NCBI GenBank assembly: GCA_000708835.1
Contig: DF237320.1
Span: 1 to 64,000 of the forward strand
Length of the DNA stretch: 64,000 nt
Direction: 5' to 3'
Source of the DNA: Klebsormidium nitens
Taxonomy: Eukaryota > Plantae > Klebsormidiophyceae
The notes under the pieces were generated by a model. That model was not told the origin of the DNA. It was given only the letters and a program-made list of their open reading frames with translations, and ran no database searches. The stretch's first letter is position 1; each line of letters starts with the position of its first letter. This document shows, piece by piece, positions 12,901 through 25,968 of the stretch. Position numbers and translations under genes: made by a program.

Positions 12901-15900
12901 TATGAATCTTCGCGGTTCTGCTCTCTTAAAGCGCCACGTGACCCATTCCTGCAGGCGCCGTGTGCGGGGCCGTTTCTACATTCGGCTTCGCGTTCTACAT
13001 CCAACCCGTTCTGATGCCCATGATCGCCGAGATGCCTCGGGGCAAGTACGGCGTCAAGATGCTGGGCTGGTCGAACCGCTTTGTGGTGCTCGGTGAGTGA
13101 CCCCGAGACGTCTAGAAGAAAGTGCTGCAACTCTGCAGGAAACGGGTTGAACAGGGTGGCTTCGAATAAGCACTTGCGTTCAAGGACTTCAACCTCAGTC
13201 CAGGTCATGGGGTCCGCCGCAAACGTCGTTGCTTATGCATCTTGTCTCTTGTCTAAAGCAGAGCCTCTCTGCTCCGAAGTGCCCAGAACGAGCTCGTCGC
13301 CGGTTGTTCTGCACTGATTGTCGACGCTGCAGAGCCGTTCGTGACCCTGAATTACGGCGATCCCCTTCTCCTCGACTTCTCGTTTCTTTGCTGGATCCGA
13401 ACGTCACATTTCTTGCCGTTCCCCCGCAGTGAACGCCTTTGTGACCTACTTCATTCTGGGCTTCTTCGGCGCGGCTCGGTACGGCGCAGACACCGAGGGC
13501 AACATTCTGCAGAACGCATGGATCGGGGGGGGCGTCTGGCAAGGCCTGCTCAACGTCGCCATGTGCTGTAAGCCCGCCAAGTCTGTCTTGCACCGTCCGC
13601 CCTTCTGCGGTTGCTGGGCACCTCTGACAAGAGCCGCTGTATGTAGCGGACTCCACTGCATGAGTCCGCCAAAATGCGTCTGCTTTACGCATCAATCTTA
13701 CCGGGGCAGTATACGAAGAGACGTGCAAGTACCACAGAAGCCGACTAAGAGTACGAGGACTTTTTGTGAACATGACATCCAGGCACTAGTGCATCTTTCT
13801 ATGCCAATGTCTGCGAGGTTTTGATGCGTATATGGTCGAGCTTAGCGTGCTGAAAGACAACGAACGACCTGCTGGTGGCGTCGTACTCCTTTTCCATAAG
13901 CCGTCTTCTTGAAGACATCAGAAGCAGGAGCGAGGACAGCCGTTGGCAAACCTCTCACACTAACAAAAGCGTGCCGCTTCCCAACCTAGACATAGCTTTT
14001 TCTTGCCGTTTTAACACCCTGAAAAAGTCCCCCTTTTGATCGCGGTGACTTTTTCCCTCTGATCTCTCGCAATCCGTTCCAATCTATGACTTGCTTCTGT
14101 TCCCCCCATTTCAAACCCTGGATTGAAGAAAGGGCAACGAGAGCAAAATTGGGCCATCAAGCACGCGGGGCTTCTCCGATGCTCTCCGTGATTGGCTATA
14201 TGCTGACGGACCGCTCTCATCCCCATTCTCATAGTGTACCTGGCGGTGTCCCTCCCCCCAATCGAGTTCCCGACGCGCCACACGCTCGACATCTGGCTGG
14301 TCAAACTGCTGACCGCGGTGGGCGTTGAGGACGCGGCCCACCGGTTCCGCTGGGGGCGACACCTCACTCTGACGACGCTTATCTTGGGCGTCGCCCTGGG
14401 CATCTCGGAGGCGATCCCCGATAACTCGGCCAAGGTGCTGCTCGTGACCGGGGCCACTGGAGTGTGCATGGTGTCGTACGTCATCCCCGTGGGGAACCAC
14501 CTCATGCTCTACTTCGGAGTGTAAGTCCCGGCTCCTCTAGTTGGTTTTGGGTCCTTCAGGGCAGCGCGTTTCGTCGTTTCTCTTGTCCCGTGCTTACGAG
14601 GAATCTGCGGGGAACCAGTCGGTCAGCTTCATATAGCGACGTATTTGAACCTTGCAATCAGCTCTGCTCGGCAAAGGAACTCGGAAAAAGAGGTTGATCT
14701 TGATGAACAAGACTAGTGGCTGTTTCCGCGCTCGATGAACCAAAAGATTCTCCGCAAAAGAAGTCATTTAAGGAACTCGATGTGGGACACCTATTCTTCC
14801 TTTTGGGTTCTGTAACAAGAACGGCGCTTACCACTCGAGATGCACTGCAGCTTGTTTCTGCCGCAAGGGCGTTCCGCTGCAAACAAGGGGCTTCTCTCCA
14901 TGGCAATATTAATCCTCGATGACATCCAAAGCAGTTATTGGCTAAGTGAATTGGGGTGTGCTGATCTTTTGGGACAGCTTTCAAAGAGGCCCCTCTTGAT
15001 TTTAGGCCCCACTGCCGCTATCCGTGCCTGATCGCATCGAGAGCGTGTGCTTGCAGTGCCCGGTGTCAGCGCCGGCTCAAGGCAGAGCTGATGCGGAACT
15101 TGTCCCTGCACGGGGGAGACGTCTCCGTGCACTCGCAGGTGGGCTCAAACGTCCGATTGCTTTTTTAAGATGCTCCGCCCGCCCGATTCCGCGGCTCCAG
15201 CATCGGCTCACAAATCGGTATTGTAGGTGTTGGCATTGTGCTGGCTTTCCAGCACGGTTGCATAAGCGTCCAATCCCGTACATCCAGACGTACATAGAAA
15301 AGGTTTGCTTCCTATGCTGGCCCTTCGGCACACGAAGGAACGAGACTTTCTTGTTAGGCGTCTCGAGAGGAAGGTTTATGAGCGGCTTCTGTGCCAGGCG
15401 TCAGTAGGACGAGGAGAAAGCGTGTATCACACATCGATCCGCCTCACGATTCGCAAAGTGATGTACTATGAGACACTGAGAGTCATAAGACGAGGACTAT
15501 TCTCCAGAATCTGCTTGCAAGACAAAACATAACCTTCTTAAGAGGACCGCGAGAACCCGTTCGCTTTCGTCAGCAGATTCTCGCAAATAGTCGTGTGGCA
15601 GAGCAAGCTCTCCTTCTGCTGCAAATGTTCCATTTTTGATGGCGCTGAGGCGGTTCCTTCCTAATGAGTCGCTCGATTGCACCTTCCCATCAAACCCAAA
15701 TTTCGGGGTAGGTCAAGATCTTCTCTATAACGAAGTCAAACACCTTGTCCAGTAATCAAAACCCCCCCTCCGCTTTGCCCTCCCCCAGTACCGCGGCCAC
15801 GTCCTGCTCAAGGAGCTCCAGAACCTGGCCGTGCCTCTGAAAGACGCGCTCCCCCCCCTGGGCCCCAACTCCGAAAATGGCCCCCCCAACGTGCTCGAGT

Positions 15901-16037
15901 ACCGCAAAGAGCCCAGTTACCCCGGGGTGTTTGGGACGTTGTACGAGGCAGTCACGCAAGTGGGCGCCCCGCTTCTAGTTCTCGCCGTCGGGGTCTTCTG
16001 CAGCGTCGCCGCGCTAACAACCATCAACACACTGTAA
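9973..16037 (+). CDS. Amino-acid transporter, Aa_trans/AAAP family (AVT/SLC38-like). Exons 9973-10136, 10781-10961, 11331-11402, 11744-11884, 12377-12506, 12955-13092, 13430-13567, 14235-14520, 15057-15138, 15789-16037
   Basis: Phase-consistent GT-AG model. TM1 motif TLAIMGSAVLPVSSAF, then YEDLAYAVGG, FPLCLIKQL, FGFAFYIQPVLMPM, GFFGAARYG, GNILQN, VTGATGVCMVSYVIP; about 11 hydrophobic segments. Confidence 0.9.
12131..12198. repeat. Perfect 34-bp tandem duplication in transporter intron 4
   Basis: GTGACCCTGTCTTAAAAGCATTAACCCTTCGTGG x2. Confidence 0.95.
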
Positions 16038-17694
16038 AATGAGCAACTGGTCTTGTGGTAAACTCGGTAATCCAGTGCCAGCGCTTTCGGTCCTCTGCTT
16101 AGTATCATGAGCGCGCACAGATTTACCGGATCAGCGCAATCAAACCTCTGCTTGGTGGAAAGAGGCGCGCTTTCGACAGCCGAGTATGTATATGTGACAA
16201 TAAATGTAGGTCAGCATGACTCTCACTTAAGTTAGCTCCTTGCATGTAAGCGTCAAAGGGGCGTAGAATTCTGTAAGAGGCACACGAATCCACAACATTG
16301 CAAGCAGGGGTTGCAGCGAAAACCTCGCGCCCTTGGCTACAGCCTGCTCTAGCTGTCTAAACCGTCAGCTTCATGCAGTCGTCAAAAGGGGACAGGAACG
16401 TATATACAATTTTAGCTTAAGCTTATCAAATAGTATACAGGCTTTGATTTGGTCAAGCGCGTGTTGACAACTAGCAACTGAGGGACTATTACACAAGCAT
16501 ATGCGCAGAAGTATATGGTATGCCCTCAACGGTTCCATGCATCCTATGATTGGTAATTTGTTCATATATACATACAGATCGATCCATTCCAATTTGAGTG
16601 ACCGTCAGCTAGGTGTGATTCTGAATTAATAACAAATGCATCGTCATGGTCACCCGGTGACCCCGGCCACCCACTTGCCAAAGTAACCGGCCGTGCTGGT
16701 TACGACTGCATGGAAGTTGCCGATTGGTGGCATGAAGGAGGGAGCGGAGACTCGAGCTAGCAATCATTCTAGCTTTGCAGAAAACAGTGAGCGTACGCGG
16801 GTCTGATATACGGTATCCTGAGGATGGCCGCCCGTTTGTCAGCGTAGTCACTTTCAGAGTTCCGACAAGGGGCTTTTTACATGAGCATGAGTGGGGAAGA
16901 TGTCCCGAAGATGACTCGTAGGAACTTGACATCACGGATCTTATGTAACTCACTAGCTGGGCAAGAAGTTCCAAGGTTCCTGCCAGCGCTCGCCGAGAGT
17001 CCATTTACAAGCATGACAAAAATATATACCGGGATGCAGTGCGCCGGCCAATAAAAGAAGCCTCCAAATGTCTTGTATTTAAAGAAGTGTCTCAGTCAAG
17101 CCTAATAGCGGATTATGTAAGCGACAGCGAATGCATTATATCTAGCGGTCCTCTATCTCGAGGCAACCAAAATCGAACTTTGGTACTAACAAAGGAGTCC
17201 TAGTGACTGCTAGCACACTACAGCAGCACATCGAAAAAGTGTGTTTGACTACAGCGTCTGCTAAACAAGGCGCCGAGCCTACTTGTAAAGAAAACACTCG
17301 AGTGCAAGACTCGACGGGCACCATACTCCAGTTCCAATCCAGCAGACGTTTTCCTAGATTAACACGCTAGAGCTGGAATTTGTTCGGCCTAGTGGCCCGA
17401 GATGGTTTAGTACACGATTGTAACCCCAATCACACTTCACGACGTCGTACTTACAGGTTCCTGACGGACCGAGACTCACAGATTCCAGCGTGAGACACAG
17501 TTCCACCCAAGTTTGTCTTGACAGCACTTCACAGCGTATTTACCTTGCTTATAATCACAGCCTACTGATTAGGGCTTGTAGTACGATTCAAGAGCCACCT
17601 TTTGACACTCCTCCGCCGGCTATTCTTGGGGAGCGTCAAAAGGCAACGCCTGGACGGTAGCTTCGCTTCACAGCGGGGAACAGCCAGCCCGCGT

Positions 17695-19591
17695 CTAGCA
17701 ACAATACTCGGCGGGCACGCAGCACCCAATAACCTGATTGACGCAACCCGGGCACTGTTGTGCCCGAAAGTTGCTGCCAGTTTCGGGGCTGTTGCAAGGG
17801 AACTGGCCCACCGGGTCCGTGAGGCATCGAACTGGAAGATAGAGCACATGATTGGGTTTGGGTTGGCATCAGGGTTGGAGATAGGATAGGAGCGGGATAT
17901 AGGAGCCTGGAAAGCTCAAACAGCGGCGACTGCTGCCGGTGTTTTAAGTCACAAATTGCAAGGCAAGCTTAAACAGGGGCGCGTTGCAAATACAGCAGAC
18001 TGCCACAAGGAATTAGAGGACTGCAGGAGACTGGCCGATGCAGTGGGTCCACAGGTGAGCAACCCTCCTTATTCTGAGACACAGTACTGGCAGATCAGAG
18101 AGCCGTAATTGGGACGGTTGTCCTTGTCTGAACGAACCGAAGCAGCTTGAACTTATCAGGGTTGTTCGCGAGCTTGGAAACCGGCGTGAAGGGGTTTTCT
18201 AGCCACTTGATTTGGCGGTGAGCTTCAATCAGTCCGTGTAGTTAGCGTGATGAGGGCATCCGGTAAATAAGAGTAAAACTTCAGTGCAACACCAGAGTAG
18301 ACTGCGTGTCAAGAATGAAAGGGTGCATGAAGGTGTCCGTCTTGCTCACTGCAAGTGGTCCTCTCGAGGTTGGTGCCTTGTTCAATGTTGCACTTGCGGC
18401 AGGCCCTGGACCCCGAGTTGGGAGCGATGCTCAGATCCGGGCATGCCTTGCAGACAGAAGTCCTGGGGGATCCCCCTGCGGAGTAAGTCCCGGGGCCGCA
18501 GATGGTGCAGTCAGGGCCCGCATGACCGGGCGCACATGAACAGCTGGCGGCGCCCGCTTTGCTTATGAAGCCGGGGGCGCAGGGCTGGCAGGTCGTACTA
18601 GCGGGGGGGACCCCCCCGGCGAGAATGTGTTTGCGGTGCACACGTCGCAGTTGCTGCCGCCGGTGCCGGGGGGGCAGACGCAACCTGGGACAAGGAAGAG
18701 AGGAAAATCAATATCTAGAGAAATGCGAGGAGATCGGATGCAGGTTTTCAATCTGCAGGAGCTAATTAGCTGGTGAGAAAGAAGTGGCCTGCAATGCCGT
18801 TGCACACTGAGTCTGCAAGGCATTCCTCTGCAAGACCTGTCCCGCCTGCCAAAAGCAGCTGGCAATGCGTCATTGATGTTGGTTGTGTAGTGTAATGATC
18901 GACAGGTGCTTTCTGGTGATTCTTTTTGGTGAATGGGAAAAGAACCAACACAGCTCAAGCACGTTCTCTGCCTGACAAAAGGAGACGCACCAGTTACGAA
19001 GCAACCATCTGTTCGACAACGGTTCAGGACTGATACGGCGTCCAGCCTTTGCCTATTTTATCCTTGCAATCTCAAGCACTCTGCAAAGAAGCTTGACTAC
19101 TTCGGGAGTTTCTAGAGGTTGTTTTGGGAACGAAGAAAGTCTGAACGAGCCAGCACGAGTCACTTTTTAGCTCTAGCACTCCCAGCATGCAAAGTCACAT
19201 GCCCCTAGCTTCCTGCGGAGCGGGTATGTAGGCCAAACAATTCAACATACTGCGACAAGCAGATGGAGCCTTCTGCTGAGAAATATCATAACAGCACTCC
19301 ACCTGACGCAGCGCTGAGCTCGGGCTCTCTGCAGCATGTCATAATTGAGAGTCGGGGGTTTTGGGGCCACTCACCAGCTTGCACCGCAAGCAGCGTTCTG
19401 GAGACATGGTCAGCAAGCTCCTGGTCGAGGTCTGCTTCAAAGAAACCGCTGGCGTCCGGAAGGCTGGCTGCGCCGGAGGCGTCCAGCTGGTCGCCCTGCA
19501 CCAGGCGTGCGGATGCGTGGCCCACTCCCAGGAGGACCGCGGAGATGACGAGAAGCACAAAAGCGGAGCGGTTCAAAGTGTTGGACGCCAT
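17695..19591 (-). CDS. Secreted cysteine-rich preproprotein with GCC2_GCC3/TNFR-like repeats. Exons 19591-19375, 18684-18350, 17831-17695; one 1-nt frameshift near 18605
   Basis: Signal peptide MASNTLNRSAFVLLVISAVLLGVGHASA, acidic pro-region ending SRTLLA, repeats CDVCTANTFSPGG..CQPC and CTICGPGTYSAGG..CKACP, tail CIRCLTDPVGQFPCNSPETGSNFRAQQCPGCVNQVIGCCVPAEYCC*. Introns are phase 1. The frameshift lies in a G7-T-C7 run. Confidence 0.75.
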
Positions 19592-20392
19592 TTGAGAGAG
19601 CTGGTGTAGGGAAGGGAGCTAGGGAGGAGGTCGGATTGGTGAGGCTGTGCGGTGAAGGGTAATTGTTCAAATGCTGGGAACTGAAAGCGGTATATATACT
19701 CCAACGACGAGGCGGATCTTGGGCTCAACTTTGTGTGAGTTTGCCTCCACACCTGATCCGCCGGGGCATGCCGTCGCCCGGCATCCCTGTCACACGTTGG
19801 AAGTGATCATGATGCATTATGCATAACCACCCATCTCCTCAGAATTCCAAGCTGGAGGGAAATATGAAATATATAGGTATATTATCACATATATATATAT
19901 TGAGTGTTGATCTGCATCTATGTACGTATTTACCAATGTCCGGCCATTTTCTCAAGAGATCCGGTCTTGCAGACCGGAGCTGAGGAGCTCCAAGTCCAAA
20001 CTCAGCCCGGCAGCTAAGTCGACTGCTGAGCTCTCGCGGGCGCCCAGAATTCTGTGGTTACGAGTCAATTAATGGCCAAACTACTTTTCCGTTCCCTGAA
20101 CATTTCAAAAAGAAAAGACTTCGAAAAGCTGAGTGACGTGGTCGGGAAAACGTTCGTTTTCCGACGCCTTGAATCCACGTTTGAGGCCGGCCGAGAAGTG
20201 GGTGATTGAGCCCGGCCCTTCAAGGGCGCCCCCGGATCCCAAGGCCGTTGGTCCCGGGCCGGGCCTATCGTGACCCCTGCTTCAATTTGCCGGCCAGAGT
20301 ATATATATGTAGCGGATCCGGTGGCTCGCAGAGCTCATGAGAATCAAACTTTTCCCCTTGAACTTGGGAGCTTATTGATCCAATTGTTGAAA

Positions 20393-21241
20393 CGCGTATG
20401 CAATGTTGGATAACCACGCATCATACATCAAGTCCTCGACCGAGGGTCTTCCGAGGAAGCTTCGAGGACTCTCGACTGCTATTAACGAGTTATCGCTTAT
20501 AACCTCAAGTGCATTATACATAAGCGAGCCTGCAGCTACGCCGAGTAACTACGATCGCCGCCGATCGGCGAGCTGAGCTGGAGGTACGGTACGTAACGGT
20601 AGTATGGCATTTACTCTTGGCAGTATTGCATGATGCACCGCGGGTAAGCTAGGTCTTTAGCCTCGTGCCCTGCACTGTGCAGCCTGCCAGTTACCTAGAC
20701 ACCTAAACGTGCAGTCCACCTTCTTGTTAGAATATCGCCAGCCTAGCTACTGAAACAGTAGCCAGGTACAGTCAGCAGTCTTCTGACCGTACGATGTTGA
20801 TAACACTGACTTCGACCGTCGATATGACAAGCAGAGGGGGGCGCGTATGCAATGTTGGATAAACCACGCATCATGCATCAAGTCTTCGACCGAGGGTCTT
20901 CCGAGGAAGCTTCGAGGACTCTCGACTGCTAAACGAGTTCTCGCCAGGGGTTCTAGCAGATTTTTCCCGCTTAATTATAATCTCAAGTGCATAATACATA
21001 AGCGAGCCTGCAGCTACGCCGAGTAACTACGATCGGCGAGCTGAGCTGGAGGTACGGTACTAGGTACTAGGTAGTAGGTAGTATGGCAATAATTACTCCT
21101 GGCAGTAATGCATGATGCACCGCGGGTAAGCTAGGCCCGTCTTTAGCCTCGTGCCCTAGTTGCCTAGACACCTAAACGTGTCCACCTTCTTGTTAGAATA
21201 TCGGCAGTCTAGTTACTGAAACAGCAGCTAGGTACAGTCAG
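20393..21241 (+). repeat. Direct duplication of ~390 bp (20393-20775 and 20842-21241)
   Basis: Both copies begin CGCGTATGCAATGTTGGATAA and end GGTACAGTCAG, with long near-identical blocks and small indels. Confidence 0.95.
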
Positions 21242-21369
21242 GTTTAAGGTCACTGGTGCAAGAGGCACAAAGCTGCTGAATAAATTTTGGTAGAAGCGGA
21301 CGCGGTACTCGACGGTTCGGACGCTGTCGGACACTCAAACCTGGTCGGGTAGCCTTCAAGCACACTAAA

Positions 21370-21509
21370 ACCCTAAGACCAATGGCTTTGCCGTTAGTGG
21401 TAACCCTAATCGTAGAGCAGTCGAAGGAAAAAGATGTAACCCTAACAAACTGTCACAGGGAAGGGGCGTAACCCTAACACACAGTCAGTGCTTTGTGACT
21501 TGACCCTAA
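21370..21509 (+). repeat. Five phased ACCCTAA (telobox/telomere-like) motifs
   Basis: ACCCTAA at 21370, 21403, 21439, 21471, 21503; spacing 33, 36, 32, 32 with unrelated spacers. Confidence 0.7.
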
Positions 21510-21669
21510 GGCTAGTACGAGTGCCCGGTTGAAGTCGTGGTACTAGGTCCGTCCTCGTACGGATTCTCCGCAGTGCGTACCGTTTAGTCGATCGACGGTC
21601 TCGATCGTCCGTCTCCAACTCTACCAAACTTTATTCGGGAACTTTGTCCCTTTTGCGTCACTGGTGCGT

Positions 21670-22578
21670 GTCGAACTTCCCTAATTCGGAGATTCAAATT
21701 CCTATTGCCCGTATTTGAGAATTATGAAGACGTCTTCGTTCATATCTCGAGCTTCGCTTCATCTTTTTGAGATTCGTCTTTTGCATGAGCAAGGACACAT
21801 GAGATTCTATCTATAGAGCTCTAGTCGGCAGACATGAGGTACTCTGACTACATGCCACGACATGCTCAAAACATGCTTTTTGGGGCGTTTTGAAGCAGCG
21901 GGCACGTTTACGTATCGGCACCCGGGGACCGTCTGACCAAAATTTTTGGAATGAGCAAGGGGGGAACTTGTCGTTCTACCAGTAAAGACTTGTTTGGAAC
22001 ATTCCCCAACAAACTTTGACTGAGGAATTTTCGATGGGCACCATCACTTTTGGACAGAAGCGCAAAAACCTGTGAAATCGGCGCTCCGCCGAGANNNNNN
22101 NNNNNNNNNNNNNNCCTAGTCCCCTGTGTGCCTTGCCTCCCACGACTCATCACTTTTGGACAGAAGCGCAAAAACCTGTGAAATCGGCGCTCCGCCGAGA
22201 AGTGATGGTGCCCATCGAAAATTCCTCAGTCAAAATTTGTTGGGGAATGTTCCAAACAAGTCTTTACTGGTAGAATGCAAGTTCCCCCCTTTCTCATTCC
22301 AAATTTTTTGGTCAGACGGTCCCGGGTGCCGATACGTAAACGTGCCCGCTGCTTCAAAACGCCCCAAATAGCATGTTTTGAGCATGTCGTGGCATGTACT
22401 CAGAGTACCTGATTTCTGCCGACTAGAGCTCTATAGATAGAATTTCATGTGTCCTTGCTCATGCAAAAGACGAATCTCAAAAAGATGAAGCGAAGCTCGA
22501 GATATGAACGAAGACGTCTGGCATAATTCTCAACTACGGGCAATAGGGTTTTGAATCTCCGAATTAGGGAAGTTCGAC
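21670..22578. mobile_element. Foldback / non-autonomous DNA element with ~380-bp inverted repeats
   Basis: Left arm GTCGAACTTCCCTAATTCGGAGATTCAAA… (21670-22049) is the near-perfect reverse complement of the right arm …GAATCTCCGAATTAGGGAAGTTCGAC (22201-22578). No coding capacity, no TSD seen; 20-nt gap at 22095-22114 in the centre. Confidence 0.8.
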
Positions 22579-23763
22579 CTTAAATCAAAAGCGTTGGACG
22601 TTTCTTTTCATCTTTTCTTCTTTCGGGGCCACGCGCGATTGAGCGGCCCGCAAGCAACACGCCCGAATGGGGGCGAATGAGTCGTACCAGGCAGAATGTT
22701 GTCACTACTCGGAGCAGGGAAGGCAGAATGCTGTGATGCTATTCATCGGAAGGCCACGTACCAGCCTGATCCACAAACTCTATCTGTATGTTTCGCTTTG
22801 GGCAATGCAAAGCTATAACTATATCAACCTCTTACTGTTAGCCTGTGTTCGACACACGGAACTCATCCGCATCGGACATTACGAACTTCGGAAATCACAA
22901 AGTACGCTGTTTGTTCATGGTGGGATGCATCCCAAGAAGCAAACTACATCTTAGACTTCTACAGACGCACACGAATGACGCAAGCTCGACACTGGGACAC
23001 TGGGCCTCTGAGTCTGATTACGGCCCGGCCGGCTGGACGAACCAGTGCTGCAAAGCTAGCCGCTGATTCTGCAATCATCGAATGACGCCGCTTGCAAACG
23101 TCACTTGGCTAGCTCGGCGACGTCATAAGTGCTCGATCGCCTCGGAGCCTCGTGATGACGGTGTATTTAGCTCAACATGCTCAAGTTAGTCTGCAAGCTT
23201 AGCGACTGCATGCCAGAGACCGGCCAGGCTATACATGATAAAGTATATGATGCGCATGCAGGCATTGCTTACGGGTACGTCGGATAAAATGTGGTTACCA
23301 ACCATTCTGGTGTGCATATCGTCGATCTTCACATATACCGTCAGATACCGCTATAGCTAATGCACGATCGATCGGAATCAGTTACAGTGCTCAACTATCA
23401 TGTCGTACGGTACTTTCTAGCGAAAACGAATCATTGAATGTGAGATTGGCCAGCTGGTCCGCCGCCGGAATAGGCGATTGACAAACTTTGGCCAGACTCA
23501 GATCAAATTGTATGCAACTAGCTTGGCGGTCACGGTATTCGAAGTTCCGTATTGCTCATTTAGCAAACAACTAGAGATCGCCGATCGTAAGAGATTGGTT
23601 TGTCAAACTTTAGATCCAGTCCTTTTGTCGACTAGCCTGAGGCGCTCCTAATTAGCTAGCTGGTGTAGTCAGGTGGCTGCTGTGACACTCATATCCATTC
23701 AGATCACTCACTCACTGATCTGTTCAGATTCTGAACAGAAGCGTTTTACTCTGTGGACTTTGC

Positions 23764-25968
23764 CTATCCCAACCTTGAAGGATTGACAAATGCCCATTCA
23801 GCACCTGGAGGCCACCATCGCCAGTTTGGTTCCAAGTGGAACAATCGGAACCCTGCGGACTCCAACTCCCTAAGGAACGTGTCAACAATCTTATGATCGT
23901 CTTTGTCTACGGCAGCCCCGTTGTGAGTCTCCACTAGAAACTGACCAATAGGTGGATTAGAGACTGGCCGCGTCAAAATTGACTTGAAGCTTGTGTACTC
24001 GCATCTCTCGCAATCGACTTTCAGCACATCCACAAAGGTGTGGCCGAGATTCAGCATGATGTCCGTCAGGCTGTAAACATTGTTATCCTGCACAGTGACA
24101 AGCCAAGTAAACCAAACATGTACCTTGTGAGCGGTAACGTGGTGTTGATGAGCTGCACAATTTCTGCCACAGCCGAGTAGAAAGATCCCGCTCCTTTGCT
24201 CTCAGATTTTCTAAGATGGAAGCTGCCAGCGGAATCCTCTGTACTGCCAATGGGGCAGGGTCCCGGGACGAAGTCTACATGTTCTTCTCAGATTTTATTG
24301 AAGCATGTGTTCCGATCTAGTCAGCAGATTCGAGAAGCTAGAGAAAATCGGACCAAGTCTAAGGTGGATTGCCGCACACGTTACTTGCCTGATTCGTTTC
24401 TTCTGCAAGGCACCAGGGGTGGAAAATGAGGCGCGGGGACAGGCTGGTCACTTTCGCAATGTCCGCCTCCTTCAATGTGCAATCGAAAACGTGGACCTCT
24501 GCTCCAGTAACGCCGATCAATTCCATTTCAAAATCTGTCTGCGCGTTGCTCCCTATACTGTAGATAATGCTTTGTTCGTTAAGCCTGTGCGCATTGCACA
24601 CCCACTTTCCGCCGTCCCCCATCAAACCGTACCGGACTTCGTGGTAGCATGGATAGATGGGCACCCAGTATTCCATAAGTTCCTTTAGGTAGACTTCCTG
24701 CAACGAAAGAAACTTACTCAGGAAGCTTCGGACGCGCCACTGAGGGTTGTCATGCTTGTATTAGCCACTTGCAAGTCCTGATGTCCAGATTGACTGAGAT
24801 CCATGGCTTCTATGACCCATCTTATGGTTGATGTGATGCTAATCTTGGAGGCAAAGAGCACTGGCACGTGGTCTACGGAAACGGTGTCCTTTCTGGGATG
24901 GAGAGTTAGACAGATCATGGGGTGCAAGGTGAACCCATTGAGGCCCCTCCAACAACAAACTTACAACTCGAAGAAAGAAACAATTCCTCAATTTCATTCG
25001 AAATAAGTCAAGAAACCAAAGCATTTTTGCACCCTACCATTCAGTGATCGATCTGTAAAGATGAATTGCTGTATGGATCTTTGTATACGTGCTCTCACCT
25101 TCGCGTCTTTAATATGACCGGTGTGCCAGGGACTGATGTAGCTCTCCCTTCGGATGATGTTCTCCTCCATTGTTTGGATCGCTTCTCTAAGCAATCGCTC
25201 ATGCTGCGCCTCAGAATCCCATGAAGCTGCACGAAGCGATAGCGTTGATGCACATGGTCTCTAGATAGAGGATGCACACTCACAGCGAAAAGGGGGAAAG
25301 GTCAAGCTGCTGTTTTGGAGGAGAGGCATGCGCAGATAAGATGATACTTGAGCTGAAAACTTTTGTGTCAGGATGTTCAATAGCGTGGCAATGCTGCAAC
25401 TTTAATGGGCGTAGACCAAATGACTGCCCCAACAGCCAGCATGCAAGTTAACAGCTAGTTCTCTAAAAGTTTGTCCTCAACAACAGTGACTAGGCCAGTT
25501 GGCCGTCGAACACTCAGCATTCAACAATGCAGGTTGCAAAGACTACGTTAGTGCATTTCACACTTTCTGGAATCTTCAGTCTTCAGACTTAGCTCAGAGA
25601 ACCGAGGTGCCCGGACCTGATCTGTCAGTGGAAGCTTCAGGAGCTGAACATTTCATGCTTATACGCACCGCTGTTGATCCGACAGGGCCTCATTTTATAG
25701 ACCCACCTTTCACATCAAATCCTCTGCCTGCCAGCATGTGAAGCCCTTGCTGCACAGCGGAGTGTGGAAAGATCCCTGCTGAGTAGCCGGCTCCTCCACT
25801 TTCTGACGCTCTCGTGCCGTACGGGATGACGGCGACAAGCAGAATGCCCAACACTAAGCAGCTTGCAGCAATTATGACAGGTCGTTGTAGCCAGGGCTCA
25901 CAGGTGAACCCCATGAGCGGCAACTTAGGGCTGCCGCTTGCAGAGCGATTGTTGGCCGCCATGCTCAT
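23764..25968 (-). CDS. Type-II membrane SAM-dependent methyltransferase (Methyltransf_22 / METTL24-like), paralogue 1. Exons 25968-25707, 25226-25099, 24697-24389, 24087-23764
   Basis: N-terminal TM PVIIAASCLVLGILLVAVIPY; motifs RYGLMGDGGKWVC, IYSIGSNAQTDFE, EVHVFD, VDVLKVDCERCEY, QFLVETH, FRLFHLEPN; third intron is GC-AG. Confidence 0.88.

Noticed and set aside
21370-21509. CRISPR-like repeat-spacer pattern
   Set aside because: Repeat is only 7 bp, there are no cas genes, and the context is eukaryotic.
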